In this document: piece by piece, positions 35,671-47,410 of the stretch | Layout: every line of letters starts with the position of its first letter | Position numbering within the stretch: position 1 is the stretch's first letter | DNA from: Diadema antillarum | Lineage: Eukaryota | Reading direction: 5' to 3' | NCBI RefSeq assembly: GCF_040938485.1 | Contig: NW_027271573.1 | Coordinates: 124,001-188,000 of the forward strand | DNA length: 64,000 bases | Notes under the pieces: generated by a model | Database searches by the model: none | Seen by the model: only the letters and a program-made list of their open reading frames with translations | What the model was told of the DNA's origin: nothing | Translations under genes and position numbers: made by a program

Positions 35671-36010
35671 GGGCAGTGAGTTGGCTCAGTCGGTAGCGCG
35701 TCTGCCTCCGACCCAAGCGACCCGGGTTCGATACCCGAGTCTGGATTGAGCAATGTTGTGTGTAATCATACCGTCCCCTCTAGCAGAGAGGCAAAACACT
35801 CTGTCCCTCGGATAGGACATAAAATGGAGGTCCCGTGTATGACACAGTCACAACTCATGCACATAAAAGATCCCGCTTCATTCATTCATCGCAAAGAGCA
35901 GGGTGATAACCCGGTGAAGTGGTCCCGCTTCACATCCAACAGGATCCCCGTGGAAGACCAGCTTAGTGTAGCTGAATATGGGAATATAGAAAACTGACAA
36001 GCAAACAAAC
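35671..36010 (+). mobile_element. tRNA-derived SINE with a Nin/Deu-type central domain
   Basis: A box TGGCTCAGTCGG (35682-93) and B box GGTTCGATACC (35725-35). Central GGATAGGACATAAAATGGAGGTCCCGTG...GCACATAAAAGATCCC...GCAAAGAGCAGGG resembles the Nin/Deu SINE domain as I recall it. LINE-like tail ends in (CAAA)n. Confidence 0.85.
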
Positions 36011-36089
36011 ATGACAATAAGGATTAGGATGACAACTACTGTATAATGATAAGAACAATAATTATGATAAAATGAGAGTTACAACGATA

Positions 36090-36325
36090 ATAATTGTAAT
36101 TGCACAGTCTAATTTAGCTGAGATGAGGGTTTTTTTATCTATGTCACTGCTCTACCAGAAGGGCCTGCCCATTATTGTTATCCAAGCACTGCCACGTACT
36201 CATTTTAATACAAAAATTGACATTGGGAGCAGCAGATCGTGTCCAATGAAAAAACGCCCCTGTTGGGATTCAAACTGAGGACCTTCTAGATGAAATCTAG
36301 GGACTAATCCCCTAAGTCGTGATGC
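36090..36325 (-). mobile_element. Degenerate tRNA-headed SINE, tail-to-tail with the 35671 SINE
   Basis: Minus strand AGGTCCTCAGTTTGAATCCC is a decayed B box (36265-75), followed by a TAAAATGAGTAC core-like segment and an ATT-rich tail. Confidence 0.45.
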
Positions 36326-36383
36326 ACCCCCTGCCTCCCTCCCCCACAAAAAACAAAAAAACAAACACCAAAACAACCTACCA

Positions 36384-36539
36384 NNNNNNNNNNNNNNNNN
36401 NNNNNNNNNNNNNNNNNNNNNNNNNNNNNNNNNNNNNNNNNNNNNNNNNNNNNNNNNNNNNNNNNNNNNNNNNNNNNNNNNNNNNNNNNNNNNNNNNNNN
36501 NNNNNNNNNNNNNNNNNNNNNNNNNNNNNNNNNNNNNNN
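36384..36539. other. Assembly gap (156 N)
   Basis: Run of N. Confidence 0.99.
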
Positions 36540-36976
36540 ATAGCCTGTGGACATGGTAAAAATGAATTCGACAAGAAACCTGTTGTAAACAAATCAGGTG
36601 GTGTCCGAGGGATTTGCACTATTCGCCATTGCATACATTGCTGCCGGACATCCATTAGGTGGCGAAGGGGGATTTGTAACCCAGCTCTGTGACCTAAACC
36701 TACCGCGCTTTCTTCTGTCTTTTTTATATCTTTTTTTTTTCCTGAATCAAGGGGGCCATACATCCATGATGTTAAGTGCTCTACCAGGTTTACTTTTGTT
36801 TTTGTAGTTCTCAGGTTAAAAAATAAGAAAAAAATGCACATTCCTTTCTCCAAATCTGTTTTGGTAAGCGGGAATATGTAAACATTGACTTAGCTTGCCT
36901 AAAGTGGTATTTTCACCCACCACCAAAACATATTTGAGCGATCATGCGTTTGTGGTCAGGAAATGTGCATAACGCA

Positions 36977-37024
<48 letters not shown>

Positions 37025-37053
37025 TATATATATACACAAAAGAAGAGTTTACG

Positions 37054-37347
37054 TACTCTCTAAAAAAAATCGAGTGAAAATTTTCACTCTAAAAAGAGTG
37101 AATACAAAAAAGAGTGAATTTCGAGTGAAAGTGGAGTGAATTTTGGGTGAAAATGCTCATTTTCACTCATTTTGGAGTGACGTCAGGGATCACTCGAAGA
37201 TTTCGGAGTGATCCCTGACGTCACTCCAAAATGAGTGAAAATGAGCATTTTCACTCAAAATTCACTCCAATTTCACTCGAAATTCACTCTTTTTTGTATT
37301 CACTCTTTTTAGAGTGAAAATTTTCACTCGATTTTTTTTAGAGAGTA
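37054..37347. mobile_element. 294-bp foldback element / near-perfect palindrome
   Basis: 142-bp arms (37054-37195, 37206-37347) with only 2 mismatches and a 10-nt centre; TA at both outer ends; repeated GAGTGAA motif. Confidence 0.9.
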
Positions 37348-37850
37348 AGGCCGGGAGAGTCTAATCCTCATGTGCAGCACTTAGAAACCAAACTCGGTGC
37401 CAACGGGGTTTGGATTACGTGTACAGCGAGCACCCAGTGGTGATGTTTCGTCACTGACGGACGCGGGTGAGATTTTCCGAACGCGACCGCAAGTCCCCAT
37501 GCGGATTTCTTGCCTTTCCGATCGAGTGGACTTGTCCGTGTCGTGTGACACGAATCCGTCTTAGGTGTCGATTCCAGCGCCAAATGCTTGCGGGTCCGTA
37601 AATGCTATTTCCACAATGAGGCTCCGTGATAAATCGACTCCAAGAGGTCGCCAGGTAATTATTTGATCGTGGGCGTGTTAACGGGATGGTATGTGCGCCG
37701 TTTGCCATCGGATTGGATCCCACTGCTAGTTACATCGTTGCCGAAAAAAACAAGTGTTAAAAAAAAACAAGAGAGCGTGGGTTATTTTTCTCCTCAGAAG
37801 AAAACAATATGCACTAAAAATGCAAAACGACAAGATGCCATAAAAAAAGG

Positions 37851-37937
37851 AGACACAAAGATGAGATACCAAAAATCTTATCAAATATGATGTGACATCA
37901 TATTTGATAAGATTTTTGGTATCTCATCTTTGTGTCT
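37851..37937. repeat. Perfect 87-bp palindrome
   Basis: 43-bp arms (37851-37893, 37895-37937) are exact reverse complements around a single G. Confidence 0.97.
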
Positions 37938-38458
37938 TGATGTCAATATGATGTCTGAAATCAATATTCGTTAGATTGCGTCGGTACACACATTTACTTC
38001 ATTCGTAACTGTCGGGTAATGATATTTCTATGATGCAAGGAATTCGAGCGGTAATATTTCGGCCAGCAAAAGTGTCTTCATATAGACACAAGAACTCGAA
38101 GGGGTCAGCTGTGAGTTAGATTCCTACCCTATGTCGTGACTGATTGTTGAGAGAAAGAAATCAAAGGGCCACAAGAAGGATCTCATTCCCATAACCTATC
38201 GCAGAAATATGAATGTTTTCTTTGTACAGCAAGCTATGATGCAAGTACAGTAATTTCGACATGACGGATTAAGTGTTGAAACTGAGTACAGTGGGATATC
38301 AAAGATACTGATAATGAATATAATTATGCATAACTTCACAAACCAAAATGTGCGGCCCAGTGCAGGCTCGTCGGAGCCGCTACGGGTGGTACGGTATTGA
38401 CCGCACCACTTATCACTTTCCAGGCTAAAAGAGAGAGAGAGAGAGAGAGGGAGAGGGA

Positions 38459-38490
<32 letters not shown>

Positions 38491-38636
38491 TACAGGGGAG
38501 AGAAGGAGATGAAGAGGGAGAGGGAAAGAGAAGAGAAAGGAAGAAAAAAACAGAGGAAAAAAAGAGAAGATGAGAAGGTGACAAAATCAATGTCCTGATC
38601 ACAAGCTGATCGTAGGCTGGCTCATCAGCAGCTTAA

Positions 38637-39148
38637 AGGTTAAAGTCCACCTTTATATACATGTGGATTGAGTAAATGCAGTAATATTAGTCGACACATC
38701 AGTGAAAGATTGGGAAAAATCGGACAATCCTTTAGTTATCACTTTTAAAGTAGCCTATCTGCGCAGTTACTGCTGGATGAGAGGACTACTCTCACATGCG
38801 TAGAACGATATTATGAAAATATAAAGACAATTTTTTGAAAAAGTGCACATTTCCTCAACTTGTCACTGATGTATGTTAAGGGTAATATAATTCCCCAAGT
38901 CTTCTGAAAGAGGCAAGTTAAGTGTTCGTTGATTATGAGAGAAAAGTGAAAATATGTTGAAATTTCTGTATATTTTCTTTGTATTGTTCTACACACGTGA
39001 CATCACAAGATCACAAGCTGTCGTAGTCTTCTCATCCAGCCATGACTGAGCAGAAACTTCAAAAATTCATAATTTTGGAATGGATTGTCCGATTTTCCTC
39101 AAACTCTCACTGATATGTTCTACTAATATTGCTGCATTCACTTGTCCT
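38637..39148. mobile_element. Kolobok-like MITE (512 bp)
   Basis: TTAA flanks (38633-36, 39149-52); AGG...CCT termini; long imperfect subterminal inverted repeat AATGCAGTAATATTAG...ATCAGTGA...GAAAAATCGGACAATCC. Confidence 0.8.
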
Positions 39149-39522
39149 TTAATAGAAGAACGTGAAAATCGAAGTGACTTTGCATTTTTTCCCATTATTA
39201 TGATGCGCATCATGAACAGCATTATATGCATTTTTTTTTTCATCCTGTAGCAAATCTTGAAAAAGGCATTCTCAAGAAAGTGATAAACTTAGCTAGTCAC
39301 CTGACCGTGAAGCCTTGTAAGTAAGTCTGTGTAAATTTTCATACCCATTTTCGTGACCTCTTCACTCATGTTTTAAAAACAATTTGCCTTCAATTCCGAC
39401 CTACTGTATATAGAACACTATCATTTGGACACCATTCTTCCTGCCTTGCTCTGGTATGCACATTTATTGAGCAACCAAATGTCTATGACATTTTGCGGGT
39501 CTATTGACCCATCCGTATATCA

Positions 39523-40195
39523 AATGTGACTGTGCATCACAAAACCAACAATAAGTTGCACACCCCAATTTTACGTGAGGACTCAAAATAAGTGAACGTA
39601 AAGTAAGTCTTGAGTTTTTCATATTTTCTGAAAGAACAATTCTCCTGCATTAGTCTAAATTTGGGGATCATGAAATTAATGAGAAGTTGTGTTTTCAGCT
39701 GTTTTTCTAAAAAAAATTTTTTTGTACAATATTGTGATTAGGTATGTATTTTCATTTCTTAAAAACCCTGTACACTCTCTTCACTTTTAACCCTAATAAT
39801 CTTTAGAAAAAATGATGCCACTGCTTTGAAAATTGGTATCAGGTATGAATCGAGGGCATAAATACAGCATGTTCAATTTCATTTTAATCTAATAATCTCT
39901 TCATTGTTGTTTCTTTGAAGTTTTACATCCTGTTTTTGTCCCATTCATTGCACAGAGCGCGGCTTACAGATTGAGCGCTTGAATAGACCCTATACTTCAG
40001 AGCCTCTTTTCTCAGTATACACACTTTTCCAGAGTGTGTGCTTTCTTTCCAATTATTTAGATATGTTAGCAGAGTTCGTTTGAATTGAGTTGTACATCAT
40101 TTTAAAGCTTAGAGTCTGTTCTTTCAGAGTCTGCCCTTAACTAAAAATTCATGTCTGGCGACTTTGTGTTGGATTTGTTATGCAGGGTCACAAAT
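39523..40195. mobile_element. Non-autonomous TIR DNA element (~670 bp), superfamily unassigned
   Basis: Left ATGTGACTGTGCATCACAAAACC; right reverse complement TTGTGACCCTGCATAACAAATCC; AT-rich noncoding interior. Confidence 0.65.
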
Positions 40196-40204
40196 GAGGT
40201 GAAA

Positions 40205-40660
40205 ACGGAGGGGGGCATATTTTACCAAACCCTCCCCCGCTTAGATCCCCTTCATAGATTTCGCATACTTTTGTGATACACCATATTGATATTACAAAAA
40301 TGTGCAGGAGATCATTCATGTCATTTTAAATGATTTATAATTCCCTCGTGTAGGAGAGGGATACCCTCTCCCACACCCTCCCCCGCTTGGTCTCCCTCCG
40401 TTGACTTGGTACACTTTGAAGATTTACAAATTTCCGATATATTCCACAAAAATAATGCGCAAGGTCGTCTAATTTCAATTCTTTAATGCAAAAGCGAACT
40501 CGTGTGGGAGAGGAATTACGCCCTTCCCCAGCTCGGCATCCCTCCATTAGTATACCCTTATAATAGGTCTACCTTGGGGGATTGACACATTTTGTGCATA
40601 TTCAAACAAGTGTGCAGCATATCGTTGAACTTTGATTGTAGAAATGCAAAAGCTCCCTCC
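40205..40660. repeat. Unclassified interspersed repeat remnant
   Basis: Direct repeats ACCCTCCCCCGCTT near 40230 and 40375 and GGGAGAGG motifs; boundaries unclear. Confidence 0.3.
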
Positions 40661-41010
40661 TCATTCCCATCACCGTTATAGCAAACCATATGAACGAATT
40701 AGATGTTTTCCTTTAATCTTTTTTTTTTCTTCTATCAAGCAAAGCGTCCTAAACATCTTCTGGAGACTTTAATGCCGCGGAATTATGTCCAAGGTGAAAC
40801 GCATGGACTTGGAATAAACTTCTTAAGTCCTTTTAAATCCCACGATACGTAGGTATACATGTAGAGAATGGTGATGGTGCAGCTGTCAAGCCGTTAGATC
40901 CAGTAATGATCCCTGGCGGCTGTCGAGTGAAGTGTAAAGTGAATCATCGCGCCAAGAAGACCTTTTTCTTTTTTAAAGTCGGATTAAACATCTCCATTAA
41001 CCCAGCAAGT

Positions 41011-41178
41011 CCCATCAGGAGAAGCCTCAATACATTCAAGTCTGCACTGAAGACTCATCTTTTCCGGCAACTTTGTGAATGATGTGTGACACTTTTTGGG
41101 AGCTGGGCGCCTTTGAATGTTTCTAACAGATAAATGGCGTCATACAAATGCTGTTTCATCATCATCATCATCATCATC
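41011..41178 (+). mobile_element. L2 LINE 3' end
   Basis: Translates to PIRRSLNTFKSALKTHLFRQLCE-stop (L2 C-terminal FKxxLKTHLF motif), followed by the GGCGCC...GGCGTC tail hairpin and (ATC)n. Confidence 0.8.
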
Positions 41179-42255
41179 TTGGCATCCAAAAAATATATTT
41201 CACTGCACAAAAGTGTACGAGGATGAGATCGAACTGGGTGAGGTCAATGAATCTACGCAAAAATAATATTCAAAAAAGAAGAATTCGACACACACGTGAC
41301 ACGTGACACGAAACATAAGTTACTCTTCACAAAGTGCTGCGAAATTCGAAATCAGTTATAAAGTGAGCAATCATAGGAGGCTTCTGAATATCTACAAGAC
41401 ATAGCAAGAATTTGTATAGGCACAACAAGTGCAATTTCTTTTTACCCATCCTTATGAAGCACTGAGCAGGAATATCAACAATGTAATAAAGATACAACAC
41501 CAAATCACAGATGTGTTATTTGTGGAACTTAATGGCATAAGAGCCTGAGAGTCCTAAGATATGACATTTATTGTTATATACTGTGTTTTTTGTGGGAGGA
41601 GGAAGAGGGCGAAAAGCAACAATAGAGGGGAATTTCAGAGCGTAGGTGCTTCTTCTTGTGGTAATGACACTGATATGTCAGATTTATTATATTCCATGTT
41701 CATCCAAAACGATCGTTACTGGATAGGAAAACAAAATGTGAATAAGTCGCACATTAATAGGCCTACCTCGTGGCTTTCTACCATTTATCATCGCTCACAT
41801 GATCTGCGAGGACAGGATTTTCTTGCGTATGGAGGTATTACAGTTCGCTGAAACAGAGGATAAATATTTTCAGAAGAGAATCGAACGCGTTCAGGTGAAA
41901 ATAGGAAAGCGTAATTTTGGTATTACATGTTCTTGTAAGAGATGTCGTTATGCATGGCTGGGTGTCGCGCAATGTTAATGTTATGTCTTTTACAGACTTG
42001 ATGGAAGGTTAAATTTATGAGTTCAATTTTGCAGAGAATAAAACGAATCATAGCTGTTTGAGCTTCAACAGGAATGAAGAAATATTGCGTGTGTGATGAT
42101 GTCATGTGCCGTCATGCTGCAGTTACGTATTTGACAAATGACAGGATGTAGCCTCACGACTACGGCATGTCTTTACTCCACGATGATATCCCCTTGGTTT
42201 GGGACAATAACACATAATGCGCGTCGTTGCCGTCGGTAGCAGACGATGAACTTAA

Positions 42256-42731
42256 AGGTCATTTCCACATGTTGTTCAAGTTTCCGTTCTTGAATATAGT
42301 AGTGACTTTAGATGGAATTTTGCCAACACTGGATATGAGATACGAAATTCATGGAATTATCAAGGTTCACAAGTTTTAATGTGATTATTTTGTCGCAATC
42401 ATGAATGTAGATGGGATATCATTCGGTGGGATATCATCAGGTCACAACTCTCTAATTAGTTTGAACAGGCACACACAAAGTGTAAATTAATCATGCTAAG
42501 GTCTATAGTCAGCAACTACAGCCACATCATTTTTGGAAATGTTATTTTGAAATTACAGTTATTCGATGAGAACTAACTACATATCCAAAGAAAAAATAAT
42601 TACTAAGAAAGGAGCTAAAATTCTACAACTTTCCCTCACTAGAGAAGCGAATTCGATGAAGCTCCTACCATCTGTTTCCGGATTCTTCTCTTTTGTTCAA
42701 AGCCATTTTGAGCGTGGTGTGGAATCGTCCT
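42256..42731. mobile_element. Kolobok-like MITE (476 bp), diverged
   Basis: TTAA flanks (42252-55, 42732-35); TIR AGGTCATTTCCACA vs AGGACGATTCCACA. Confidence 0.6.
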
Positions 42732-43434
42732 TTAAGTAATAAGTTCTCATTTCAATAGCGGACTTTGGTGTCTTCACAACGTCTGACGACATGAATACCA
42801 CTGTTGTCAATTCTGCCGCCTTCAAATTCTTCCAGTTTCTACACCATTCAATCTAAAAGCTGATACAAATAACTTCTCGTTGGTGGGCTGTTGCAAATGT
42901 TCGAACTGCCTTTCCTTATTTGATTTAATGCATTCGTGCAGTTTACAACGGTGAATATAATATAAATCACCGGACACTGTATTTAACTGCGGTGGCTTCC
43001 TGTTTTTGCGCGCATAAAGGTGACTTCATAGGCAATGTATGCCTCAGACAAACAGCAAAGACGTTTCAGGTCAACAGTTAGTTACCCAACCACATCGCCT
43101 AGACAGCCCGTCTGAAGTCTTCCGACGTGAGTGTAAACAGGAGCAAACCAGAATGCATAACAATGCCCTGGAATGTTATTCGGCTTTCCTTGCACTTTGT
43201 AAAGTGTTCTCTCCACGATCTCGACGGATCTTGATACTCTACCCTTCTTTTTTCGCGTACTGATCAAAAAATTAGTTAACATCTACTGTAGATAGTAGAC
43301 GGTGTACTTATCAAAAATTCAGTTAACATCTACCGTAGATATCAAACGGGTAAGGAAACCCCCTCCCTTTTTTATTTTTGTACAGAATGGAGCTTTCGTA
43401 TGGTATGTGTCATACATACGGGGAATTCTTATTA

Positions 43435-43866
43435 GCCGCGGTCACATTCCGATTAGGAAAAGATCGCGAAGTTAAAGAAAGCGAAGTCTTGCGATCTTTC
43501 GTCGTTCATCCACACTTGCAGCCAAACTTCACGATCTGTAAGTTCTCGAGGTTTGGGTCACCGGTGCATGTGCGCAAGAGAGAAGAAAGAGTACGTCGTC
43601 TCACAGCCCATTGTGACGTAACAATGCGCACATGTGCGTCCCATTGAGTCCACCCGAAAACTATCGATCGGTTCCACAAACAGGTGGTGGACTGGTCATG
43701 TGACAAACCTCGCAAAGTTTCAGTTGCGAGCGTTCGAGTATTCCGAGTTTGAACTGGAAGTTTCAGGAGAAGTTCCATGGGAAGTTTGCGGTCACACTGG
43801 CAAAACTTTGAGACCCTAAAGATCGCGATCTGATACTTCGCGATCTTTTACGAGTGTGACCATGGC
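43435..43866. mobile_element. Harbinger-like MITE (432 bp)
   Basis: TIR GCCGCGGTCACA vs GCCATGGTCACA, flanked by TA; subterminal AAAAGATCGCGAAG inverted repeats; same terminal motif class as the 18352 element. Confidence 0.75.
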
Positions 43867-45359
43867 TATTGAGACTTTTCTGACCATGGCTATTGAGAAC
43901 TTTTTGACCATTCATCACGAACCATTAGAGCATTTGCACGGGTTGACTTTCCAGTAGGTCTTAAACATACATTTCGCGTAAACTAGACTGATTTCGGATT
44001 TTTTTCGTTTTTAAACAGTTACCTATGTTTATACTCATTGATGCGAGGCTTATAGAGTTATGGATTAATTAAAGTATACGGCATTTAACAGTTTGGTGCA
44101 TCCATATCCTGGTTTCTTTCTTCTTCTTTTTTCAATTTTCCACTCGTGAGGTGTATAAAGATGTCCTTACTTAAAGACCATACTGTAACTGTGTCATAAC
44201 CATGACCAGTATGTTACGCATGGGTGCACGTAATTTTCATGTTTATCTAATTTTCTGTGGTTTTCGAGGACTTTAAAAATCCCCTTTGTGGCTTTTATGC
44301 GAAGAAGATGACTCAGTGCACTATAAAAAAACAAACAAAAAAACTTTTGTGTGCTTTGAGTTCTGATTTACGTAGAAAACGTCATAGCATTGTATACGCT
44401 GCCCAAATTCCCTGATAGCTCCTAGAAAGTGTTAATAGAATATCAAACAACACCTTCTCCTCATTAGTATCAGTCCTACATTACTATTCCATTATGCATC
44501 TGGCTTGGTTAGCAACATTCAAGTTTAATGAGTTACAAAAATCATCTCTCTAGCTGGTTTTAAAAAAATCGTCTTCTAGAAACCGACTTTGACTAAAACA
44601 AAATCTTGCTCTTACGACCTAGTTGCTTTTGTAATGCATTTCTTATTTCTCTTTTCTTTCTTTTTATTCACTGAAAAGAGACGCAGAAGATATCTCCGAA
44701 GATCATATGACCGCTCCAGTCTCTCTCGATTTTCCTTCCTTCTATTGGTTATGTCCGAAATCTTTACTTTAAGTGTCTACGTAAATCGCCCTCATTTAAC
44801 ATCTTTATGTAGCGTCACTTCTTGTAGCTATTTGGCATAGACATGCAATCTTAGTGATTCTCGAGGAAAAAATATTGTCAAATGGTAATTGTCTGGGGGG
44901 GGGGGAGGTAACTTTCCACGGTATTTTCACATTGAGTAATTTTCAAAGAATGGTTTTTTTAAATGTTTGCCAGCAAAATTGCGCTCTTCTTTGATGTATA
45001 AATCGACGCCAGAACATGTGCGTTCTGAATGTCTGCAATACGAGTCAATGTTATCAAATACTGTGATGTCTGCTGTCTAGAAAGTTTTAAATATTGAGCT
45101 TCCATCTCCTGAATGTCCCTTTAAAACATCGACTATCCCTGTGTTTCCCGCCAGGCGAGTCGAGGATCCCATCACACCACTCAGCGACACGCCTCCCATC
45201 CTCCACTAAGGTGTTTGCATTTCACTCGGGTTACCGACACCATAACAATCACCATCGATCTGGCGAAACAAGCTGATGTACGTCTTCATTCTCCTTTCCC
45301 GCCTCTTCCGATCATTCAAGAAGACACACACACATAACACGTAGTCGTACCCATCCACA

Positions 45360-45420
<61 letters not shown>

Positions 45421-47054
45421 ATCCTTCCCGGGGTGATGTAGGGTTGAAGTGAAACTACTGTCGCTATGAAAGGCGAGACATAATTCAATTAAGCCAGTCA
45501 AAACCATTTTTCCGGGGACATCGGGATGGTAGTGATGATAACTTCATATTGATCACGGAATGAAATAGATGAAGCAATGTGTCAGAAGTGAATTCAGTGT
45601 GACAATAGAAAGCCTCAATCTTTCATGACCTTGGCCATTGCTGTTTAATCTAATTACTTTCGAACACAATCCATGATTAGTGGGTTTTGATGTGCCATCA
45701 GGGGAACAGTGAGGATTTGACTCGAGAAATTTAGTTCCAAGCACACGAAGAGAGCTCTCGGGACGGAGCGACGAAAACTCATCGCGACATCTGATGAAGG
45801 ATATTCTACCAGCCTGCACATGCAAGGACCTCGTAGCACTGGACACGAATGTCAGCAAGACAAGACAAAGCAACAGGAATGAACGGCGATAATACAGCAC
45901 TAGAAACAATGTCGATTAGGTTTGGCAATGACTGAGATACCCTGAGTTCTTGAAGGTTTGAAAGTTTTTAAAGATTTTTAAAGATTTTCTGACAAACCTT
46001 TGCGGTACAATCAGTGTATTACTCGAAGCACGGGTACAATAAAAAACAAAGTTTAACATTTAGATTAAGGGTGTGTTACTGGATGAACGAGAATGAAAAA
46101 TTCTAAGAGTAACGACAAGCGCTAATGTCATGCTCGTAACGTGCAAAGACGTTCTCCCCAAACAACCAGTGCGGCTTCACTCGAGACATGCGATAATACG
46201 TCATGCCGAGAGTTTGTGTAACAGGTATGATTCTCGAACGCCACCCTGTTTTCCTCGAGATCGTGAGCTAATTACGTAAACTGACCCATTTCGGGGCAGG
46301 CAGTAAGACCCGATAGCGCCTTTGCGAACAATCCGATATCATTAAGGTTTTAGGGAGGCTCAGTCCTCGTCGGAATTCTCTTTTCACGATGGAGGTCACT
46401 TTGATTCAGACTTTGGAGCTCGCGTCAGGTGTTTTTTTTTTTCCTCTAAGCTTGCGCATTTACGTTTCGCACCTGCATTCCGGGAAACCGGGTTTTCTGA
46501 TTTTCTTCATGCCTCGTCAGTGCTGACGTATTCAAGTCTCATGATAATCATGAAAGGTCGTGAGGTCACACCGGAGCCACATAATAGCTCTCCGTTCCCC
46601 ATCAGAAAATATGTCGTAGATAAATCAATCATACTATCTTTAAACTTATGGGGCAGTTCTAAGAAATGCACTTCAGACAGAGAACTGAAAACAACTATAC
46701 GCGCTTGATTACATTTGAAATACAATACACATACGAAAAAAAAACAGATGGTGACAATCTGGTTACAAGATCTCTTTATTTTTTTCAATACAATTGCCAG
46801 GCTTATCTACAACGGTTGCAGTGGCTACACACGGTAGCATACAAACGACAATACTGGCAGATGTTTGCTATTAGGAGCAATTGTCCTGTCAACAAGAAAA
46901 CCGTAGGTTTTTGCACATTCCAGTTTTTCATCGGACGTTCCTTGTCAATTACCGGTATGTCTGCTAAAACCAGAAAAGGGAAACCCTTCTCAGAAGCGAA
47001 GTTTTGGTCGCGTGACACCCGGCCTCGGCGCTTCGCTCTCCTGTTCTATAGAAG

Positions 47055-47410
47055 TTAATTTCAGACTATGGTCTTTTAACTTCTTGTTAAGTTATGAACT
47101 TCGAAGATTAGCTCTTGCCCCCTTTGACTTCGAGGGGCGTTCACAAGACGAAACTTATCATCAGAGGTAGCCTATCATTGATTAAAGCTCCTGCCCCCGT
47201 AACTAAACAAGCGAGTCTCACTCGATGATAAAACCACAGAACCGCGGAAGCCCCCCCCCCCCCCGCGACTTAATAAAGCGTTAACCCTGAGAAATCTTGT
47301 GGTTCTTATCACTGAGTTTAACTTCAAGTTAGCTTACCTTCGAGTGCGTTTACTCGGTACACTACTACGAGCTTATCCTCGAAGTTAGCTTTACTTGTGA
47401 AATTAAATTG
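47055..47410. mobile_element. Degenerate inverted-repeat element (possible old MITE)
   Basis: AACTTCGAAGATTAGCTC (47097-47114) vs the reverse complement of 47369-47386, AACTTCGAGGATAAGCTC (16/18). Confidence 0.35.

Noticed and set aside
35671-35745. Possible functional tRNA gene
   Set aside because: Acceptor and anticodon arms do not pair as a cloverleaf, and the sequence continues into a SINE body and tail.
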